Shown one piece after another: positions 1 through 13,936 of a DNA stretch of 64,000 bases. The notes under the pieces were generated by a model. The model was not told the origin of the DNA. It saw only the letters and a program-made list of their open reading frames with translations, and did not search any database. This stretch comes from Eledone cirrhosa (Eukaryota): positions 33,976,001-34,040,000 of the forward strand of contig OZ024760.1 in the NCBI GenBank assembly GCA_964016885.1, in the 5' to 3' direction. Made by a program: the position numbers and the translations under genes. Position 1 is the first letter of the stretch. Every line of letters begins with the position of its first letter.

Positions 1-3000
1 ATGAAACGAAATTTCATTTCCCACTCTTAGTACGGCTGTTACTTAAATATAAGTATGTACACATACATACATATATGTATACAGACGTACAGTAGTATGT
101 ATATATATATACATACACGCACAGATATATATATGTACGTATGGATTTACCGAACATTTATTATAATGCCCGGTGTGTTTGTAAACAAACATGCCGTATT
201 AAGCCGTAGTGTCTAGCAACCACCGTTGCTCGTTTGTTCAACACTGACAAAGGAACGCTGTACTAGTTTCAAGCTTATTAACTATCGTCAGCAACGTATA
301 CCTTCCTGCCAGATTGTTGAACATATATACTTACCTTATGCATATTAACGACTGAGTAGCCCAATTTGCATATCGAGTGGGTTAATCGGCCGGGTGCAGC
401 GAAAACGATAAACGGAAAAAAATGAAACGAAATTTCATTTCCCACTCTTAGTACGGCTGTTACTTAAATATAAGTATGTACACATACATACATATATGTA
501 TACAGACGTACAGTAGTATGTATATATATATACATACATGCACACATATATATATATGTACGTATGGATTCACCGAACATTTATTATAATGCTCGGTGTA
601 TTTGTAAACAAACATCCCGTATTAAGCCGTAGTGTCTAGCAACCACCGTTTGTTCAACACTCACAAAGGAACGCTGTACTAGTTTCAAGCTTATTAGCTA
701 TCGTCAGCAACGTATACCTTCCTGCCAGATTGTTGAACGTATATACTTACCTTATGCATATTAACGGCTGAGTAGCCCAATTTTCATATCGAGTGGGTTA
801 ATCGGCCGGGTGCACCGAAAACGATAAACGGAAAAAAATGAAACGAAATTTCATTTCCCACGCTTAGTACGGCTGTTACTTAAATATAAGTATGTACACG
901 TACATACATATATGTATACAGACGTACAGTAGTATGTATATATATATACATACATGCACACATATATATATGTACGTATGGATTCACCGAACATTTATTA
1001 TAATGCTCGGTGTATTTGTAAACAAACATCCCGTATTAAGCCGTAGTGTCTAGCAACCACCGTTTGTTCAAAACTAACAACGGAACGCTGTACTAGATTC
1101 AAGCTTATTAGCTATCGTCAGCAACGTATACCATCCTGCCAGATTGTTGAACATAAATACTTACCTTATGCATATCAACGGCTGAGTAGCCCAATTTGCA
1201 TATCGAGTGGGTAATCGGTCGGGTGCACCGAAAACGATAAACGGAAAAAAATGAAACGAAATTTCATTTCCCACGCTTAGTACGGCTGTTACTTAAATAT
1301 AAGTATGTACACGTACATACATATATGTATACAGACGTACAGTAGTATGTATATATATATACATACATGCACACATATATATATGTACGTATGGATTCAC
1401 CAAACATTTATTATAATGCTCGGTGTGTTTGTAAACAAACATCCCATATTAAGCCGTAGTGTCTAGCAACCACCGTTGCTCGTTTGTTCAACACTGACAA
1501 AGGAACGCTGTACTAGTTTCAAGCTTATTAACTATCGTCAGCAACGTATACCTTCCTGCCAGATTGTTGAACGTATATACTTACCTTATGCATATTAACG
1601 GCTGAGTAGCCCAATTTGCATATCGAGTGGGTTAATCGGCCGGGTGCACCGAAAACGATAAACGGACAAAAATGAAACGAAATTTCATTTCCCACGCTTA
1701 GTGCGGCTGTTACTTAAATATAAGTATGCACACGTACATACATATATGTATACAGACGTACAGTAGTATGTATATATATATACATACATGCACACATATA
1801 TATATGTACGTATGGATTCACCGAACATTTATTATAATGCTCGGTGTGTTTGTAAACAAACATCCCATATTAAGCCGTAGTGTCTAGCAACCACAGTTGC
1901 TCGTTTGTTCAACACTGACAAAGGAACGCTGTACTAGTTTCAAGCTTATTAGCTATCGTCAGCAACGTATACCTTCCTGCCAGATTGTTGAACATATATA
2001 CTTACCTTATGCATATTAACGGCTGAGTAGCCCAATTTGCATATCGAGTGGGTTAATCGGCCGGGTGCAGCGAAAACGATAAACGGAAAAAAATGAAACG
2101 AAATTTCATTTCCCACTCTTAGTACGGCTGTTACTTAAATATAAGTATGTACACATACATACATATATGTATACAGACGTACAGTAGTATGTATATATAT
2201 ATATACATACATGCACACATATATATATGTACGTATGGATTAACCAACCATTTATTATAATGCTCGGTGTGTTTGTAAACAATCATGCCGTATTAAGCCG
2301 TAGTGTCTAGCAACCACCGTTGCTCGTTTGTTCAACACTGACAAAGGAACGCTGTACTAGTTTGAAGTTTATTAGCTATCGTCAGCAACGTATACCTTCC
2401 TGCCAGATTGTTGAACGTATATACTTACCTTATGCATATTAACGGCTGAGTTGCCCAATTTGCATATCGAGTGGGTTAATCGGCCGGGTGCACCGAAAAC
2501 GATAAACGGAAAAAAATGAAACGAAATTTCATTTCCCACGCTTAGTACGGCTGTTACTTAAATATAAGTATGTACACGTACATACATATATGTATACAGA
2601 CGTACAGTAGTATGTATATATATATACATACCTGCACACATATATATATGTACGTATGGATTCACCGAACATTTATTATAATGCTCGGTGTATTTGTAAA
2701 CAAACATCCCATATTAAGCCGTAGTGTCTAGCAACCACCGTTTGTTCAACACTGACAAAGGAACGCTGTACTAGATTCAAGCTTATTAGCTATCGTCAGC
2801 AACGTATACCTTCCTGCCAGATTGTTGAACATAAATACTTACCTTATGCATATTAACGGCTGAGTAGCCCAATTTGCATATCGAGTGGGTTAATCGGTCG
2901 GGTGCACCGAAAACGATAAACGGAAAAAAATGAAACGAAATTTCATTTCCCACGCTTAGTACGGCTGTTACTTAAATATAAGTATGTACACGTACATACA

Positions 3001-5198
3001 TATATTGTATACAGACGTACAGTAGTATGTATATATATATACATACATGCACATATATATATATGTACGTATGGATTCACCAAACATTTATTATAATGCT
3101 CGTTGTGTTTGTAAACAAACATCCCATATTAAGCCGTAGTGTCTAGCAACCACCGTTGCTCGTTTGTTCAACACTGACAAAGGAACGCTGTACTAGTTTC
3201 AAGCTTATTAGCTATCGTCAGCAACGTATACCTTCCTGCCAGATTGTTGAACATATATACTTACCTTATGCATATTAACGGCTGAGTAGCCCAATTTGCA
3301 TATCGAGTGGGTTAATCGGCCGGGTGCAGCGAAAACGATAAACGGAAAAAAATGAAACGAAATTTCATTTCCCACTCTTAGTACGGCTGTTACTTAAATA
3401 TAAGTATGTACACATACATACATATATGTATACAGACGTACAGTAGTATGTATATATATATACATGCATGCACAGATATATATATGTACGTATGGATTTA
3501 CCGAACATTTATTATAATGCTCGGTGTGTTTGTAAACAAACATGCCGTATTAAGCCGTAGTGTCTAGCAACCACCGTTGCTCGTTTGTTCAACACTGACA
3601 AAGGAACGCTGTACTAGTTTCAAGCTTATTAACTATCGTCAGCAACGTATACCTTCCTGCCAGATTGTTGAACATATATACTTACCTTATGCATATTAAC
3701 GGCTGAGTAGCCCAATTTGCATATCGAGTGGGTTAATCGGCCTGCAGCGAAAACGATAAACGGAAAAAAATGAAACAAATTTCATTTCCCACTCTTAGTA
3801 CGGCTGTTACTTAAATATAAGTATGTACACATACATACATATATGTATACAGACGTACAGTAGTATGTATATATATATACATACATGCACACATATATAT
3901 ATATATATGTACGTATGGATTCACCGAACATTTATTATAATGCTCGGTGTATTTGTAAACAAACATCCCGTATTAAGCCGTAGTGTCTAGCAACCACCGT
4001 TTGTTCAACACTGACAAAGGAACGCTGTACTAGTTTCAAGCTTATTAGCTATCGTCAGCAACGTATACCTTCCTGCCAGATTGTTGAACATAAATACTTA
4101 CCTTATGCATATTAACGGCTGAGTAGCCCAATTTGCATATCGAGTGGGTTAATCGGCCGGGTGCACCGAAAACGATAAACGGAAAAAAATGCAACGAAAT
4201 TTCATTTCCCACGCTTAGTACGGCTGTTACTTAAATATAAGTATGTACACGTACATACATATATGTATACAGACGTACAGTAGTATGTATATATATATAC
4301 ATACATGCACACATATATATATGTACGTATGGATTTACCGAACATTTATTATAATGCTCGGTGTGTTTGTAAACAAACATGCCGTATTAAGCCGTAGTGT
4401 CTAGCAACCACCGTTGCTCGTTTGTTCAACACTGACAAAGGAACGCTGTACTAGTTTCAAGCTTATTAACTATCGTCAGCAACGTATACCTTCCTGCCAG
4501 ATTGTTGAACGTATATACTTACCTTATGCATATTAATAGCTGACTAGCCCAATTTGCATATCGAGTGGGTTAATCGGCCGGGTGCACCGAAAACGATAAA
4601 CGGAAAAAAATGAAACGAAATTTCATTTCCCACGCTTAGTACGGCTGTTACTTAAATATAAGTATGTACACGTACATACATATATGTATACAGACGTACA
4701 GTAGTATGTATATATATATATATACATGCACACATATATATATGTATGTATGGATTCACCGAACATTTATTATAATGCTCGGTGTGTTTGTAAACAAACA
4801 TCCCGTATTAAGCCGTAGTGTCTAGCAACCACCGTTTGTTCAACACTGACAAAGGAACGCTGTACTAGTTTCAAGCTTATTAGCTATCGTCAGCAACGTA
4901 TACCTTCCTGCCAGATTGTTGAACATAAATACTTACCTTATGCATATTAACGGCTGAGTAGCCCAATTTGCATATCGAGTGGGTTAATCGGCCGGGTGCA
5001 CCGAAAACGATAAACGGAAAAAAATGAAACGAAATTTCATTTCCCACGCTTAGTACGGCTGTTACTTAAATATAAGTATGTACACGTACATACATATATG
5101 TATACAGACGTACAGTAGTATGTATATATATATACATACATGCACACATATATATATGTACGTATGGATTCACCGAACATTTATTATAATGTTCGGTG
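1..5198 (-). repeat. Tandem array of ~420-bp non-coding monomers (12 full + 1 partial, runs off window start), one hammerhead per monomer; retrozyme-like satellite
   Basis: Monomer start 'atgaaacgaaatttcatttccca' recurs at about 1, 422, 838, 1251, 1672, 2093, 2516, 2930, 3352, 3770, 4189, 4610 and 5024. Copies are near-identical and carry no meaningful ORF. Confidence 0.95.
255..297 (-). ncRNA. Minimal type I hammerhead ribozyme (first of 12 array copies)
   Basis: Minus-strand array consensus ACGTTG-CTGACGA-TAGCT AATA AGCTT-GAA-ACTAGT-A-CAGCGT (this copy has TAGTT in stem II). Stem I ACGTTG/CAGCGT, stem II AGCT/AGCT, palindromic stem III ACTAGT, GUA cleavage triplet. Confidence 0.85.
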
Positions 5199-5832
<634 letters not shown>

Positions 5833-5872
5833 ATAAAGAAGAAATTAAATGATGGTTAAATGAGTTTGATAT

Positions 5873-5940
5873 ATTTTATTATGCGCATTTCGAATACAAA
5901 ATCATCCTGGGACAAAAATTGTGTTCTCATCAGATAAAAT
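5873..5940 (-). ncRNA. Type I hammerhead in a PLE pLTR-like fragment
   Basis: Minus strand ATTTTAT-CTGATGA-GAACACAA..TTGTATTC-GAA-ATGCGCAT-A-ATAAAAT; homologous to 42508-42578. Confidence 0.8.
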
Positions 5941-6336
5941 AAGGTAACATGATATGAGGCGTAATAGCACTTGTTTACAGGAAAGTGCTAAGTCAACTGT
6001 TGAGTGTTACTTATCTGATATATGCATAGTTTTATTGTTCTACAATATTACTCACCTACACACACATATATATATATATATGTATATGTGTGTGTGTATA
6101 TATATATATGACGACGAACATATAAGGGCAGAAACGACAAATTCCATCTTATATTAATTGGCAACCAAGGAAGGCTGTCTATAGAAAGTTTAGTGGCAGT
6201 AGCGGTGCCCAGCATGGTCTCAGAAACATATCATTTGTGTATGTGTGTAACTACATATATATCGCATCTTCTGTGTTGATATATCTCTGTCTGGCTTTCT
6301 GTGTGTGTGTGCATGTATGTATATATACATATATAT

Positions 6337-6367
<31 letters not shown>

Positions 6368-6430
6368 CACCCGCGCATCCATACATACACACACAATTTG
6401 TTTAGCTAACAGCTATCTATTACTGCAACC

Positions 6431-6464
<34 letters not shown>

Positions 6465-6795
6465 GAGAGAGAGAGATAAGTCAGTAATTATGTATGTATA
6501 TATGTGTGTGTGAGAAAGTGTGTGTGAGGGTGTGACTCTAAAACAACATCTGTATATATGTCCCATTTTAACACTTGTCCTGCTGTCTTCACAACTGTCG
6601 ACGCCGCCGATTAGATGCAGTTTCTTATTCGCCATATTAACTTTTGTCAGATGCATAGCTTGTGAAGTTGATGGTGTGGGTATTGGTGTGGCACAGGGGC
6701 TGCCTATAGTGGTACATAATGGGCTGCCTATAGTGGCACAGGGGCTGCCTATAGTTGTACACTGATGGGCTGCCCATTATTATTATAGTAGTTTA

Positions 6796-7636
6796 AGGGC
6801 GAAAGATAGGCAGTATCGGTAGAGCGTCAGACACTATGCTTTGCAGCATAGAGTTTCGGCCCTTTATGTTGGGAGTTTAAATCCCGCCGAGGTTTACGGG
6901 GTCGATAAAATAAAGTACCAGTCATGTACTGAGATTGATTTATTCGACTTTCTCCTCGCCTTCAACTTGCAGGCCTTGTGCCTAAATCTGAGGCCATTAT
7001 TATTATTGTAGTCACTCGTGTTGTGACGACCACATTTCACATTGTCATTCCATGAGAGTATCTTGGTCAGTCTCCAAACTTTTCAGGTAACCAGGTAAAA
7101 ACTGCGGTTTTGGGTCCAGTTTTTTACATTCTGAGTTCAAATCGCGCCGAGGATAACTTTCATCCTAAATGAGAAACCATTCTTATTTTTATTACACCCC
7201 CAGGGCAGTGGATTGCCAGTCATCGGCAGAGCATCGGACAACATTAGTTTTCCTCACAGAGTTGCGTCCCTTTACGTTTTGAGTTCAAATCCCGCCGAGG
7301 TTGACTTTGCCTTTCATCCTTACGAGGTCGATAAAACAAAGTACCAGTAACACACTGGGGTCGCTTTAATCACTTTTCCTCTCTCCACCCCCAAATTCCT
7401 GACCTTGTGGCTAAATCAGAAACCATTCTTTATAAGGGCGGCGGCTTGGCAGTGAATTGGCAGTATCGGTAGAGGATTGGACGCCATGCTTTGACGCATA
7501 GAGTTACGGCCCTTGCCATTCTGAGTTCAAATCCCGTCGATGTTAACTTTGCCTTTAATCCTTACGGGGTCGATAAAATAAAGTACCAGTAATACACTGG
7601 GTATTTGCTGGCCTTGTGCCAAAAGTAGAAACAATT
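6796..7636 (+). mobile_element. Cluster of tRNA-derived SINE copies (about 6796-6997, 7125-7170 partial, 7202-7428, 7435-7636)
   Basis: A-box-like 'ggcagtatcggtagag', B-box 'gagttcaaatcc', shared body 'tttgcctttcatccttacggggtcgataaaataaagtaccagt' and (ATT)n-like tails. The same family recurs throughout the window. Confidence 0.85.
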
Positions 7637-7904
7637 ATTTATAAGGTTCGATTATTATTATAATCACTTGCGTTGTGACGGCCACATTCCAAACTTCAAG
7701 CTGTGTGTGTATTTAAACTTCAAGCTGTGTAATATTACACTTCAAGCTGTGTGTATTTACACTTCAAGCTGTGTAATATTACACTTCAAGTTGTGTGTGT
7801 GTTACACTTTCTGTCTCCTATACAAATATATTTGTTAATGTAGACTTTTTTTTGCGTCAGTGAAATAGAAGCGAATTGTCCTGGATCTCGTGACATCACA
7901 CCCT

Positions 7905-7907
7905 GTT

Positions 7908-7950
<43 letters not shown>

Positions 7951-8075
7951 CAGTAGTGGTGGTGGTCGTCGTCGTCGTCGTCGTCGTGGTAGTAGTAGTA
8001 TTAGTAGTAGTAGTAGTAGTGTTAGTGGTGGTGATGGTGGTAGTAGTAGTAGTAGTAGTGGTGGTGGTGGTAGCT
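7905..8075. repeat. (GTA/GTG/GTC)n trinucleotide microsatellite
   Basis: Visible directly; source of the poly-V and poly-T pseudo-ORFs. Confidence 0.95.
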
Positions 8076-8414
8076 GTGATATATGCCATCAATAGTTGTG
8101 ACAGATATTTATAGTGAAGAGTTAAAGGTGAACAAGCTGGAGTTTCTCAGAAAACTAAGAGTTTATTCACAGACGAATTCCAAAGAATGGTCTTATCACT
8201 CTCATCAATATTTCTCCCCCACCACTACCGCCATCTCCACTACCGACACCAATACCATCACAACCATATATATATATATATAATAAATATATATATATGT
8301 ATATATATATATGTGTGTGTGTGTATATATTTTTTCCTATTTCCCATTCTACTAGCCTAAGTATTGAGTACTCTGGTGCGTTATGGTCCATTTGGTTCCT
8401 TACCACAATTCCTT

Positions 8415-8521
<107 letters not shown>

Positions 8522-8522
8522 G

Positions 8523-8705
8523 AAGGCGCGTGGCTGAGTGGTTAGAGAATTGGATTGGCAGTGCTGAGGTTGTGAGCAAGACACTTTATTTCACGTTGCT
8601 CCTTCTACCTGGAGTTGCGACCGATAGATAGTATTAATAATTGGAAAGACCCATGGAAACATTGTTCTCTCGGTCCGATTTGACGAAAGTCGATCGACTG
8701 TCGAT
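8523..8705 (+). mobile_element. Second tRNA-derived SINE family (internally deleted copy)
   Basis: tRNA-like head 'ggcgcgtggctgagtggttagag' followed by 'gagcaagacactttatttcacgttgctcc'. Homologous to the minus copy at 22268-22475, which keeps the B box GTTCGATTC. Confidence 0.7.
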
Positions 8706-8840
8706 ATATAAGATAGAGTCGGGACCCTGACGGCTAAGCTCTTGCCGTTTTAACAGCTAGTTCCATACATATAATTATATGTGTGTATACATATGTAATT
8801 GACGGCTGCAGGAAAAGGTGACTTTATAGTCTTAATAAAG

Positions 8841-8897
<57 letters not shown>

Positions 8898-8976
8898 CCA
8901 CACAGACGTGACGGGGTATTTTTAGAATAAGGAAATACAAAACTTAGATGATAAAGTCCTTTCTAAAGGACTTTAT

Positions 8977-9084
<108 letters not shown>

Positions 9085-9129
9085 CAAAATATTAATAAAT
9101 TAAGACATTCACATAATCAAAATATATGT

Positions 9130-9190
9130 TTTATTATATATATTTCGAAGGTACTGTGCTGTTTTTTCAGTACGTCCTCGTCAGATAAAA
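9130..9190 (-). ncRNA. Type I hammerhead
   Basis: Minus strand TTTTAT-CTGACGA-GGACGTACTG..CAGTACCTTC-GAA-ATATATAT-A-ATAAAA. Confidence 0.75.
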
Positions 9191-9855
9191 TACATGAATT
9201 GATGTATGACATACCTCAACGGTCTTGATAGTTTAATTCCAGTATTGGCAGTGATTTGTAACAACAAATCTCAACATTTATATACCACAAATAATAACAT
9301 GATAAACTTAAATTTAATGAAGAAGAGAATGTGGAGCGAGACATAGGTATAAAGAGGGGGTGAGTATGAGGAAATGCAAGAAGAAATAAATAAATACATA
9401 CATACATAAATATTTAAATGCGTAAATATACGTGTTAGGGAAGAAAAAGGAAGAGAGAGAGAGATAAAGATAGAAGAGAGAGGAAGAAAGACGTAACTGC
9501 AAAAAGGAAAGAGAGAAAGAAAGAAGGAAGAAAGAGAAATGATGCGTAACGGTTGCTTTCAAATATTAAGTCAAATAGAAGCGACCAATTAAATACCATG
9601 AAATTTTTTAATATCTTTTGTATTTGGTTATGTTTAAGCTAATTATACTAATATATTATCTCAAAATTAAACAATATAAAAATATTTTCTATAATAATCA
9701 GAACCATAGTTTAATTAATATATTTACTAATTATTTTGTTACAAAATTCAAAAGCATTTTTATCTATAAAGCAAGTTTAAATACATATTAAATATGTATA
9801 AGGATATTTACTACAACCTATGCATATATCACCATCAGTATATGTATTTTATATA

Positions 9856-10038
9856 ATTGTTTCTACTTTTGGCACAAGGCCAGCAATTACGCCAGTGTAT
9901 TACTGGTACTTTATTTTATCGATCCCGTAAGGATGAAAGGCAAAGTTAACCTCGGCGGGATTCGAACTCAGAATGGCAAGGGCCGTAACTCCATGCGTCA
10001 AGGCATGGTGTCCGACCCTCTACCGATACTGCCAATCC
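9856..10038 (-). mobile_element. tRNA-derived SINE inserted in the left arm only
   Basis: Reverse complement of the 7435 SINE family; absent at the matching position of the right arm (~11045). Confidence 0.85.
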
Positions 10039-11716
10039 AATGTTAAGAATTATTATCTGAATTATTCTTTTTTCATTATAAAAACATTTCAATTCATTAG
10101 TTGTCATTTCATTACTCTTAAAAGTATTATTATTTCGATTTTACTTCTGTAATTACATCTTATTATATATAGTTTCCCTTTAAGGATTTTTCGTATATTA
10201 TTAAACTGTATAAATCATGTTAAATATACATTATCAATCCATTTGGATAGAACAAAATTATTTACGAAGAATGTAAACAAAGGAATATAACTCGTTCAAC
10301 TTATGTGATCATTTATATTATCAAATTTGCGGTTTGAAATATCTTGTGGCTTTCAAAGCACTAAGATAATATAAATGATCACATAAGTTGAACGAGTTGT
10401 AGCGGTTGTCTCCCTTGTTTTGATTGGGATCTAGACGGGAGGTGGAACCCTTTCTGCAACTTCCGGTCAGAGCCCTATAAAACTAACAACTTTAAGCTTC
10501 CTTTCTCTTTTTGCCTTTTAGGCACCAGGTCAAGAGTCTTCTCATTTGGCTCTGCCATTAATTTGGCCAACAGGCGCCTGGCCTTAGCCAGGCGCCCTCT
10601 GCCAGCCGCGTTTGCCTGGCAATCAAAACGGTAACTACTAACTTTGTTTCATTCTAACATCTATCTTTGACATGTCAAGTATTCTATCTACCGTTAATTA
10701 AATATTATATACACAAACAATGTCTCGTTTTGTTACATTCATAACACCCAGTATCCTCGCTATAGAGTTATATTCCTTTGTTTACATTCTTCGTAAATAA
10801 TTTTGTTCTATCCAAATGGATTGATAATGTATATTTAACATGATTTATACAGTTTAATAATATACGAAAAATCCTTAAAGGGGAAACTATGTATAATAAG
10901 ATGTAATTACAGAAGTAAAATCGAAATAATAATACTTTTAAGAGTAAATATAACTACTTATTAATCCTGTAATGAAATGACAACTAATGAATTGAACTGT
11001 TTTTATAATGAAAAAAGAATAATTCAGATAATAATTCTTAACATTATATAAAATACATATATTGATGATGATATATGCATAGGTTGTAGTAAATATCCTT
11101 ATACATATTTAATATGTATTAAAACTTGCTTTATAGATAAAAATGCTTTTGAATTTTGTAACAAAATATTTAGTAAATATATTAATTAAACTATGGTTCT
11201 GATTATTATAGAAAATATTTTTATATTGTTTAATTTTGAGATAATATATTAGTATAATTAGCTTAAACATAACCAAATACAAAAGATATTAAAAAATTTC
11301 ATGGTATTTAATTGGTCGCTTCTATTTGACTTAATATTTGAAAGCAACCGTTACGCATCATTTCTCTTTCTTCCTTCTTTCTTTCTTTCTCTCTTTCCTT
11401 TTTTGCAGTTACGTCTTTCTTCCTCTCTCTTCTATCTCTATCTCTCTCTCTTCCTTTTTCTTCCCTAACACGTATATTTACGCATTTAAATATTTATGTA
11501 TGTATGTATGTATTTATTTATTTCTTCTTGCATTTCCTCATACTCACCCCCTCCTTATACCTATGTCTCGCTCCACATTCTCTTCTTCATTAAATTTAAG
11601 TTTATCATGTTATTATTTGTGGTATATAAATGTTGAGATTTGTTGTAATAAATCACTGCCAATACTGGAATTGAACCATCAAGACCGTTGAGGTATGTCA
11701 TACATCAATTCATGTA

Positions 11717-11778
11717 TTTTATCTGAAGATGACGTATTGACAAAACAGCACAATACCTTTGAAATATATATAATAAAA
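11717..11778 (+). ncRNA. Type I hammerhead, stem II partly decayed
   Basis: TTTTAT-CTGAAGA-TGACGTATTG..CAATACCTTT-GAA-ATATATAT-A-ATAAAA. Confidence 0.6.
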
Positions 11779-12071
11779 CATATATTTTGATTATGTGAAT
11801 GTCTTAATTTATTAATATTTTGAATAATATATATATATATTTCGTTTCTGAATTTGTTTAGCAAGATTCTTTATCTGAAATCGTGTGTTGAAACCGATAT
11901 TGTTATACTTTGGCAGGGTCATGTTGCCAATAAGAAACACACGCACCAGTTGCTTTCACTTCAATTTATTATATATTTATAAATTTATAAATTTACAAAT
12001 CTACAAACTTATAAATTATAAATTTCTGGTTGGTTGGTTGGTTCCAGAACCAGATAGTTGTTTATATATAT

Positions 12072-12116
12072 AGTCATAGTCCTTTCGTCACACACTCTGT
12101 GACCTCTTCAGTGACT
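12072..12116 (-). ncRNA. Minimal hammerhead in PLE pLTR
   Basis: AGTCA-CTGAAGA-G-GTCACA GAGTG TGTGAC-GAA-AGGACT-A-TGACT; CUA cleavage triplet and an extra nucleotide after A9. Confidence 0.85.
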
Positions 12117-12402
12117 GGGAATTCCTTTCTTCGTTTCTGTGCCTTTTCTTTCTTCTATCCTACGCCATTTTGTTTCTGTGTGTGTGTTGTGTGCTCAGTT
12201 TGCGCATGTGCCACATCCGGGTGTCTGTGTGTGTTTGTGTTCATTTTTCTATTTGTTTATTTATTTATTGTTGGTTGGTTGTTTGTTCTATGTGTGTGTG
12301 GGTTTTTTGTGTTTTCATTTTGTCCTGTGAGTGTTTTCATTTTGTGTGTGTTTTCAATTGTAAGTTGTTTGTTCTATGTGTGTGTGTGTTTTCATTTTGT
12401 CC

Positions 12403-13836
12403 TTAATTGTAAGTTGTGATGTTGCTGTTCCACTCATATTTTCTATTTAATTTTGGTTTTAATTCTTTTATGCTTACTGCCTCTGTAATTTGCCTAAACA
12501 TTGCGTCTTTTCTGTGCGTGGATTCTATTTTTATTTCTATGCTCTCTAATCTACCCCTGTGTTCTATCTTAGCATGTTGGTAGAGCACAGATGATTCTTT
12601 ATTATCTTGGAGGTCTCGCCAATGTTCATTTATTCGTTCCCCTATACTACGAGCTGTCTCACCTATGTACACTATATTTTTGTTTCTACATTGTCCTTCA
12701 GTACATCTTATGCTATACACTACATTTCTAGTTTTACAGTTAATATGGGGGCTTATTTTACAGGTTATACATTTCTTATCCATACATGAGGGTCTTTGGA
12801 ACGGGTATGTCTTGCTAATAAGTGTTTTTACGGAGGTACCAGGTCTTTCTACTATCTTAATATTGAGATTATGTTTATTTAGGGCCCTTCTAAATTTGTA
12901 GGCTAGTTCGCCTCTAGGGGTTGTATTGATGAACATTACACTCTGGTATTTATTGCTATCATACCATGAGTTTATTCTATTGGCCTTGTTCCTAGTTCTT
13001 TCTATTCTATTCCAAAATTTGCTCCTATACAAGGGGCCGGTCCCATTTATGTCATTATTTACCATTTTTTCCCATTTGGTTCTGGCTCCTTTATACACTC
13101 TGATTCTATCTCTCTGATTGTAGCCAGAGAACTGCATACGGTGGATGAAGTGTTGTATGCGTCTCTCTAGTTCTTCGGAGTTGCACATGCGGGACACATT
13201 TCTCATCACCCGTACCAAATCCGCAATCAGTATGTTGATTTTGGTATGGTCCGAAATGGCCGAGTTTCGGTGGATCAGATGTTTGGAAGTCATGGGTTTG
13301 GCATAATGGGAATGGAGGATTTGTTTTTGGTTGTTAATGGTATCTAACCAGAGCTCTGTGTCTAGTACAGGTAATCGATGGTTGGGGTGTCTACTTGGGT
13401 AGTCTATAGTAACTCTAATGCTCTGGTGGATGGAGTTTGCTATTTGCTGGATGCTTTCCATTGTGTTTTTCTCTAGTTCCTGACTGTTCTTTAGTGGGGG
13501 TGTCTTAACTACGATGTTTATATCATCTACGTAGCGGGAGTACATTATCAGGGTTAAGCTGTCTTCTAATTGTTCATTAAGTTTTTGTTTAAGTCTACTG
13601 TCCCACCATACCATGAATAAGTTAGCTATGTCGCCTGCAATGCTAACACCAATGGCTGCTCCTTCCTCTTGGGCATATGTTTTACCATTAAATTTGAACA
13701 TATGTTCCTTAAGGGTTAATTTTATGCTGGCCCCTACCGCATGTGCAATCATTTTCTTCAGTTCATCGTGGTTTTCGGGTGTCCGTATGGCTCTGGTCCA
13801 CCCGTTCCATCTATCTGTGTGGGTTTTCTTGGCCAT
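12403..13836 (-). CDS. Penelope-like reverse transcriptase (C-terminal part) + GIY-YIG endonuclease; uninterrupted but 5'-truncated
   Basis: RT motifs 'YAQEEGAAIGVSIAGDIANLFM' and 'YSRYVDD', then 'LPVLD', Cys-rich linker 'CMDKKCITC..C' and GIY-YIG 'VVYSIRC...VYIGETARSIGERINEH'. N-terminal RT motifs are missing. Confidence 0.93.
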   Translation of the reverse strand: MAKKTHTDRWNGWTRAIRTPENHDELKKMIAHAVGASIKLTLKEHMFKFNGKTYAQEEGAAIGVSIAGDIANLFMVWWDSRLKQKLNEQLEDSLTLIMYSRYVDDINIVVKTPPLKNSQELEKNTMESIQQIANSIHQSIRVTIDYPSRHPNHRLPVLDTELWLDTINNQKQILHSHYAKPMTSKHLIHRNSAISDHTKINILIADLVRVMRNVSRMCNSEELERRIQHFIHRMQFSGYNQRDRIRVYKGARTKWEKMVNNDINGTGPLYRSKFWNRIERTRNKANRINSWYDSNKYQSVMFINTTPRGELAYKFRRALNKHNLNIKIVERPGTSVKTLISKTYPFQRPSCMDKKCITCKISPHINCKTRNVVYSIRCTEGQCRNKNIVYIGETARSIGERINEHWRDLQDNKESSVLYQHAKIEHRGRLESIEIKIESTHRKDAMFRQITEAVSIKELKPKLNRKYEWNSNITTYN

Positions 13837-13936
13837 TGAGGTAATGGTAGGTGGTCTGCCTCTTGCTGGTCTTGTAGGGCACAGGTTGCTAAGGTCATAA
13901 GTGTCTAGGTAACTATTACTATGGGTAAGCTTAAGT

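Larger units (their letters stand above)
11840..13936 (-). mobile_element. 5'-truncated Penelope-like element with 3' pLTR, hammerhead and tail
   Basis: RT+GIY-YIG ORF followed by 3' non-coding sequence containing an HHR, ending at (TA)n. Confidence 0.92.

Noticed and set aside
6796-7636. tRNA genes suggested by A/B boxes
   Set aside because: No cloverleaf; the boxes are heads of multicopy SINEs.
12030-12419. 129-aa hydrophobic ORF present twice (also 14659-15048)
   Set aside because: Antisense reading of the low-complexity PLE 3' region; its conservation only reflects the recent inverted duplication.
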